Source: a virus | Taxonomy: Duplodnaviria; Caudoviricetes | Length of the DNA: 32,487 nt | Direction: 5' to 3' (one strand) | IMG/VR virus record: IMGVR_UViG_3300005432_000008 | Location: 1 to 32,487 of that record | Shown: piece after piece, positions 18,201-27,200 of the stretch | Layout of the letters: the number at the start of each line of letters is the position of its first letter | Position numbering within the stretch: position 1 is the stretch's first letter | The notes under the pieces: model-generated | What the model was told of the DNA's origin: nothing | Database searches by the model: none | The model's input: only the letters and a program-made list of their open reading frames with translations | Made by a program: the position numbers and the translations under genes

Positions 18201-21200
18201 TCCAAATCCCTCTGATGATCCAACGGAAAGAAGAACGCCACCTACAGGTAATCCGGAAGTGTTGGCATCTGTAATTGTGGAACTTGCAGCTCCTGTAAAA
18301 GCGACAGTGGTAATACCAGCACTCTCACCTAGTGTAAAGTCCCTAGTAAGTCCAGGACCCTGTAAAATATCATTAACTAAAATGATTGCATTTCCGGTAG
18401 AAATACCACTAATATCATCTGATCCATTAGAAGTCAATGTGTATACTGAGGTGTTACCATCAAACTTATTTGCAACACTATCAAAGATATAGTTTGTATG
18501 ATAAGTATCAGTGGTGGCTCCTATAGCACCAGATCTCATAAACATTCTTCCTTGGAAAGAGGAACTTGCAGAAATGCCTTCCCAATCTCTTTCATCTGGT
18601 GGATTTGTCGTGCTACCAATAGGTACAATACCATAGGGTGCTTCAGAAAAATGAACAATACTGTCAGTAATGTTGTAATTTCCAACAACCTTAGTAATTG
18701 GATCACCAGTTGCTCCAAATCCAATTATAGTTCCTAGTTGACCTCTTTTAACTCTAACTGAATTTGTACTTCCGATACCAATGGCAGTAATCTTCATAAT
18801 TTCATTACCCATCTTAATGAGATCGGATCCAAAATATGATTGTATACCACTTAGTTTAATAACATTATCAACAGTGGTAACATTGGTAGAAAGACCTGTT
18901 GTTTGCGAGGTTGCAACTACAGGAGATTGAATTAAGTTATCAAGTGCCAATAAACATCTTGAGTTTTGATTGGTTGCAGTAAATCTATGTGAGGTTCCAA
19001 CTCCAACACTTGCAATTTCCATGGGAACTGCAATTCTCTTCAATGCATTTTCTGCACTGGATGCAAGTTGAATCTTGTCATCACCAATTTTAATTGCGTA
19101 CAGATCAGTATTGATTGGTAGGAATTCAGTATTACCAACTCCAGGAATATTTGTTAAACCAATACCAATGGAGGAAGTAATCCCACCATTTCTGTCATAA
19201 CGAATCCTCTCTCCAGAAACAAAGAAGTGGTTTGGAATTCTAATTGTATTTGCATCAACACTGACAATGGTAGAGTCATTCCCTAAGAAATATTTTTCAA
19301 AGACAGGTGCAGATCTATGTTCCAGAGTAAAGGTCTTCTTGACGGCATTTTCTGTTCCTTCATATCTTGAAAAATTTGTTAGGAATAATCCATTACCAAA
19401 ATTTCTTTGATCTCTACCATCATCTTCAAGTCTTAATGCCTGAGTAAAGACCTTAACATCAACAGCAATATTTGCTTCTGGAGTAAATGTCAAAGACATA
19501 CCACCACTACTACCATTAAGTCTGGCACCAAAAGTTCCAAGTCCACTTATGTATGGTAAGTTTGTGTCAGTCTCTACAATACCAAAGTCCTGAACTTCTA
19601 CTTCTCCAGTCCCATTTTCATTACTATCAGTATCCATGAGAATAATTTCTCTCATTTCATAAGTATTATTTGTTGTATCAGTAATTGATACCATAAAGTA
19701 TGCAGAATCATATTCGTTAATATAATCAGCAACTGTGGTTATACCTGGAGTTCCGGAAGCAGAGATCGTTGTTGAAGCTCCTTCAAGAAGGGCATGTTTC
19801 ATTTGATCCGTACTGATTCCACTTATACCATCAGTACCAAAACCAATCTTTAAATTATTACAAGTTAGTGCTGTACCAACACTTGGTATAAAATCAACTT
19901 TTAACGCACCACTATCAAGATATGCAAAGTATGTTCCAAATCCAGGACCAGTAAATGAAGTGCTATTTTCATTTGATACTAATCTACCAAATTCAGTTAT
20001 ACTAACCTCAGTATCATCATGAATAATATTCAATTCGTCATATTGGTGATCAATACCATTTTCATCTGAAATGAGCGACATGACCTTCATTGACCTAGTT
20101 GTTGCAGCCGTTGATACAACAGTTGTTCTAGACCCAGCACCTGCGGGAATAGCAAGACTGTTTGTACGAATGTCTACAGAACCATTACCTAATACAATAG
20201 AAGTTCCAAGACCGACAACGTTATCATCCAGATGATATGCCAAACTGACAATTTGATAATCATTAACAGCAAAATTTCTTGGGAAGAATTGTAATGATCC
20301 TTGAGTTCCGGCAACTTTAAAGTCAAAGTCTGCAAGATCACCTACACTAACCATTCTTCCATATTGATTCATAAATGCAATTTGACCATCTTGAAGCATG
20401 GATACTATTCCAAATTGCCTTTCACTATCAAATCTCTCATCTTTAAAGTAGATGAAATACTTTATGAATCTACTGGTATTAACATTAAACTCATCAATTA
20501 ATTGGAATCTAGTTGCTCTTGGATTACTATTAAATTGACCACTAAAATCATCAAATTCAACGGCTCTGTTTCCGAATGATTCAAAGAAATCTGTTAAAAT
20601 TCTACTTGAGAAAATAATTTCATCTGAAAAAATACTATTGGAAGTATTAAGAGAATTTTCTGATGCTAAATCAAAATCATAGAAACAATTAAAGTCCCCA
20701 ATACTGTAAAGATCATTAACCACACTAAAATATGAAAGTTCTGTGGATAATCCAACCTTCATTGAGTTTGTTTCAATTTCAATATACTCTGATGGGGTTT
20801 CTAATTGATAATCGGCAAACTTTTTAAATCCTGCAGTATGATTTGTTGTACTTACTACATCATTCCAAGTATCAAAATCAATTCGTGATCTTAATGAATA
20901 TGAAAAATTCTGATAGTAGAAACTATCCTGAATTCTCTGCATATTAGCATTAAGGAACCCAGAATCAGTAGTAGATCCTTTAATAACTCTTGAGGACGAA
21001 TCTGTGTTAAGGATAGAATCATATACTGTCACCTTATCTGCAATTCCTTGAGTTTTGGAATCGAGTCCCTCTATAGTATCCCCTTTTATAAAGTTTTTAG
21101 ATGTTGAAACTCTAAGAGTTCCAGTCTTTCTATCCCAACTTTCCACAATTCCTGATGATGTAGATGATTTGACTTCCTCGCCATTAAGAAATTCATTATC

Positions 21201-24200
21201 TTTTAGATCAATACTGAAAATTGGGAAATGTCTTTCCGAAATAACTCTTCCTCCAGAGTTAAATTTATCAAATACTCCAACAAACTCACCTATAGATTGA
21301 TCAAATAAACCATCAAGTGAATAACTAAAAGTAGCTCCAACTCCACCCAAATTTTTATCAACTTGGATAACAGGGAATAGTTTATAGTTGTGGTCTGAGG
21401 AATTATATCCTATTCCGGTAGATCCAATACCGATACTAATATTTTCGATAAGAACTTTATCACCAACTTCGACAGGAAAAACATCACTAGAACTAAATCC
21501 AGTGTCTAGTTCGACAGTTACCTGATTAGTCTCTGTATTAAATCCAATAGTACTAATTCCACATCCATTTGTATTATTAATTGGTATAATAGTTGGAAGG
21601 GTATTACTTATTCCTTTTGTATTCTTAAGGATAGTTACCCGATCATCGCCAAGATTGTAATCAAGATCCACATCAGTAATACGTTGACCTGTTTTTCCAT
21701 CAAACGCTAGTAATCTTGGTGCTGTAGAGTAACCTCTTCCAGCAGAAGATATTCCAATAAAATCAAAAGATTTTAAAGATTTAATGCTAATGATGTTTGG
21801 TAGTGTAATAGATGGTCTAAGTGTTTTATCTGATGGGAAATCAAATCCAATATCTTTAATTCGAGTTTTGGTTATTTTTCCAATTTGATTACTTTGTGCC
21901 TCTAAAATTATACCTGTACCTCTAGAAGTTGTAACTGTGGTAATGCCTGGCAATGATGAGTAATCTTTTCCGCTGTTAATAACTTCAATTCTTGTAACTG
22001 AACCTTCAGTATGAGTGCAATCTGTTTCATAAGTGATTTGAGCAGAAGAAGTTGAAGAGATATAGGAAGATTTTTCGGGGGTTTGAGCAATGGTAAATCC
22101 AAAAGAGTTTGGTCTAGCAACAGAAATTTTATGCTTCCCGTTGTAAAGGCTATCCATAACGGATAAGGTGTTGTGTTCATGAACCTCATTATCAATGGTA
22201 ATTTCTGATTTTACCGCAGGAACATCACCACTCTCATATGTTGGATCAAGTCTGTAATAAAGTTCCTGGGGAGTTTTATCATTGACAGTTAAAGTAACTT
22301 TTGCAGTTCCATCAATACCAACCCTGCCAGTCCTAGTTAAATCATATCCAGTGTTACCAACTTTCCCAACATATTTGTTAGTAAAATTACTATCGGCATA
22401 TAGATTAAATTCAAATGAGGGATACTGTGTAGATTGAACCTCATGTGAAAGAGTTGAACTCGTTAGATTAAATGTAACAATGGAATCTTTATACAGTTTT
22501 AATGGAGGGTTAATTGGATTAATTACACCACCATCACCAGTGCTTCCAATTCCAATTGTTCTTGGAATTGAATTTGTAGCGTTTTCAAATGTCTCAGAAA
22601 GTTTAAAAGAATTTCTATCAACTATGGAAACATAATACATGGAATTATTAGAAAGTCCTTCAGTAGGACTGATAACACTTTCATTGTAGATAATTTTTTG
22701 GCCATGAATAAATCCATGATTATTAATTGTGATGACATTAGTGTCAGTGTTAATTCCAGTAGAAGTATATGATTTTGGATCTATAATTATTCTTCTATTA
22801 TAATCATCATATGAAACATTGAATGCAGATGTTACTCCTGGATTTACATCTAAAATTATATCGTGTCCAATATGAATTCCATGACTCGTAGCCGTGGATA
22901 CTGTAACCGTATTTCTGCTAACGTCTCCGGTAATAACATCGTGATTGGTTTTAATACTATGCTTAACTCCAGTTCCTATTCCAAGGAAAGAAACAGTAGT
23001 AATGGTATCAGAATCGACCGTGCCTTCAAATATTCCGGTGCTTCCAAGACTGACCCTTGCAGTTGCTAATCCAATTAAATTATCTCTAATCTTAGCTACA
23101 AAGAATGTAGAACCATCAACAGCTCTTGTTCCTATACCAATGGATCCAAAATCCTCACTATTATTCCCAAGGATAGCGGTATGATTGTCCTGAATAATAA
23201 TTCCTTGACCGCCATTCAAAGAATAAGTAACTCTATCACCAGTCTCAAGACCATGATCCTTAATAAAAATGGTTTTAGTTGGTATTACAATGGATGATGC
23301 ACCAGCACCTGGATTACTGAAGAAAATAGTGCTACCAATACCCACTCCACCAGTGCTTCCTAATCCAACAGACTCTACTGGATTGAAATATATTTCTTTA
23401 TTCACCCGATAATCAACATCTGTTTTAAATCCAACAGGTATGCTAATTTTTCTTTGGGTAATTGTTGCCGCAGTTCCAACAGTGTGGGCAACTCCAACAA
23501 CACCGTTTATAGCTCTCTCAACCCTGACCCGTGATAATCTCTGATCAACATTAAGAATTTTTACTTGCTCAGTCCCAATCTCAAGGATATCATTCTCTCT
23601 AATATTTGGATAATTAAGATTTCCAGTTAAATTAAAGAATGTGATAAATCCAGTAAACTCAGCAGTTCCAATACCATTAGTTGCAACCCCTACACCAGCA
23701 ATCTTAAATACATCAGAACTAATACCCGCAAAGTGTACTCCATCAATACCTGATGTAGTTGTTGATAATCCACTTATTGAAATTAAATCTGCATTTGAGA
23801 ATTGATGTGGATTATTTGCAAATAATAGACACTTGCCTTTCCCATTAGGATAAATTTCTGCATTTTCGATAGAACTAGTGGCAACACTTACACTATCAAC
23901 AGACTTTCCTAAAAGGTGTGAGACCCTTGCAGAAACGCCTCCACCACCTGTTTCAGACTCATTGAATACAATCGGATCTCCTACTTTGTAATTATCACCA
24001 CCAGTGATAATACCAACAGCATCAACTCCACCTTTCGCAGCATTTACAACTTCAATTTTTTGATTTAGATTTGATGGTAAGGAAAGATACTTATATTGAA
24101 CATCTCTATCATCAAATAAGTTATATGGGGTAGTATTCTTTAAATAATTTGTTGTATTAATTTTAAAGTCATCTTGATTTGATACTTTTGCAAAATTAAA

Positions 24201-27200
24201 TTCATTTGGTTTTGCGTGGAAATTTTCTCCAATCAGATATGGGAATTTTGGTCTTCTAAAATTAGTAAATGGAGACTGAGTATCTGCCTCATCAGTTGCG
24301 ATGGTAGCGAAGTATGCGTAAGTTCCGTTAGGAAACTCTGGAGTTACGCAATGTCTTCCATTGTTCTCATCAAGAACAGATTCACTAGTTTTATTCTCAT
24401 AAACAAAATCATTAATGAAGAAACCTGATGGCCATATTGTCAAAGGAGGTCTTTGCTCTGCCGTTGCTCTCTCAACATACCCAGTTTCCATAGGGGTAAC
24501 TGATCCACCAGATCTAGAGGAATATCCGTATGGTCCGTAAATTGGATGGCCATCATATGACCATCCAATAATTGGAGAGTGGTTTTGCGAAATCGCTTCT
24601 TGCTTAGTATTGACGTTTATTTCCAAATCAGACTTTCCATAAAGCTGATTCCCATCACCATCAACAGAGTATACTAATTGTCTCAACTTCCTTGGAGCAT
24701 ATATGTGACAATATTGCATTCCAAAGTCTTCATTGGTTCCAGTTTCAATGATTCCATCATCATCCGAAAGTGAGAACAGATATTTTTGGAATAAATTAAC
24801 TCTCCAGGTTTGTAATTTTGCCTTTAATATTTCACCATCACCTGGATGAATGATATTAACTGCAGTTGTATTTTGATTATATCCAATTCCAGACTCAATA
24901 ACTTTGACTTCTGTTAAAACACCATTATTCAATATTGGAGTAACAACAGCACCGATACCATCTCCCACGATTGATACATCAGGAGGAGAAATATATTGTC
25001 TACCTGGGTTTAATACAAGAATTTCATCTATTCTTCCTTGGTTAATAATTGCTTGACATTGTGCGTCCTCTCCAGAAACTGCTATGACGGAAGGAGGCCT
25101 ATCCAGATTTAAAACCTCAGATGCACCATAACCAACACCATTATTTGTTAAATTAACAGATGTAATTTCTCCTCTAAAAATTGGTTGCAATTCTGCCTCA
25201 AAAGTTTCTAAACCAATAGAAGATATACCAATTTGACCAGAAATTGATACGGAAATGTCAGGGTAATTAAAACTATGTGTTCCTACGCCTTTTGAACTAA
25301 ATTCAACATATTGATTGGTATCATAAAAAACTTTTTTTGTTGCCGTGGTTAATCCAATATTTGTCAGTCTAAACTTGTTAGTATCTAATACAATAACATA
25401 ATATTCAGTCCCATCTGTCAAACCACCAATAGGAGTTGAACCTGCAGTGTACTTTAATATTTCTCCAGATTGATAATCATGATTACGAATTTCAATACAA
25501 TTTTGGGAGGTGCTTACACCACTTGTTGCAGCAGCAGATCTTTTTTTGTTTTCATATCCCTCACCACCAGAAATGACTGAAATAGACTCAACAATTGATT
25601 TTTTATTTACTGTCTGAAAACTATGAGTTCCTTCGCCATATTTTGTCAGTACTACTGTGTTAATTCCAGAGATAACATCAGAAAGATTATTATGAAGCGT
25701 GATTGTAGTATTATCAGTGGTTCTTGCAAAATACTTTGCGTCCGTTGTTAATCCAGAAACACCGGCCTGACCATTAGTTCTGTATATAACATGTTCGCCA
25801 TTTCTTAATTTGTGATAAGTTGAGAAACCAATCGTAGACGTTGCTTCCCCAGTGCTGATACCAGCAGACGCTACATCAGCAAAGAACGAAGCTGAGTGAT
25901 CAATCAACTTCATATTGGGTTTTGCTACCGCTCCAGAACCATTACCTCCAGTAATGGTGATAACTGGAACTTCATCATAATCAAATCCTGGATCGTTAAT
26001 CCTAATACTTTCTAAAGAACCAGAAACAGCAATGTTTCCGGTAGCACCTGTTCCAACACTATCACTAATGAGCAGTTGTGGTGGATCGATAATATCAAAA
26101 TTTTGTCCGGAAGAAAGAACCTCAACGTCTTCAATTTTGCCATAGTAAACAACATCTGGTGCCTTATAATTTAATATTTCAACACCATTAATTAAAATAC
26201 CAGTATATCCAGGTTCAGTAGGTGTTAACTGTCCGGTATGCTGAGCACGTTTTGGAATCTCTCTTACAAGTTTTTGTGATTGTAAATCCTTACCTTGGAA
26301 AACATATGGTTTTAATGTATTATTAGATACTGTAACTGAAGATTCTACGCTTACAAAATTGTTATTGTAGACATTATTTTTACTTTTTGCTAACTTGATA
26401 CTTGTATCGGATAGTCTTTTAACATAGTATAAACCATCCGGAAAGTTGGATCCTAGTGATTGATTTCTAACTTCTCTTACTTTACTTATTCCGTCATAAT
26501 CAATATATGACTCTGTTGTAATTCCTGCAGAATAATAAACTGCATCACCTGAGTAAAAATTGTGTTTTGCTCCAGGAGAGATAGTCAATTCCTCTCCCAA
26601 AAATGTTCCAGAGAAAGTTACTGATCTATCTGTGGCATTAAGTTTTGACCCCGAGTATGATGGGATTGATGAAGATGCTACGAGGAAATTTTCCGAATTA
26701 TCAAAAACACCTTGAATATTTGCTTGATATTGTTGAGATGATGGAAAATTAGCGGCATCCCCACTTAATATATTTCTTTGAATTGAATATGTTTTGCTTG
26801 TATCTAAAGAACCAGATCCTTTTATAAAAATTGATTTTTCTGAACCAATTCTATATACCACACCTCCAGCTTGAGCAGCTCCGGATAAATCAGCTACAGT
26901 AACCTTATCATTTTCTCTAAAAAAGTGTTTTTTATTTAAAATTAATTCGTAACTGTTGTCGGAAGAATCTATCAGTGAAAGGGTATTAATAAGATGTTTT
27001 GATGAATAATTATAAAACCAATTGTCAAATGTAGATTCATCTTTAGCGTTGCCTAAAGTTTTAATCTGTGCAATATCACCAGTTCTAAAATTCTTTGTAT
27101 CTGATGGATACACAAAATCACTAAGTACCGAGTTAATTCTTACTCTAATAGTTTCATTTTGATTAGAGAAAGATCTTCCATAAGCAAAAGTATTGATACC

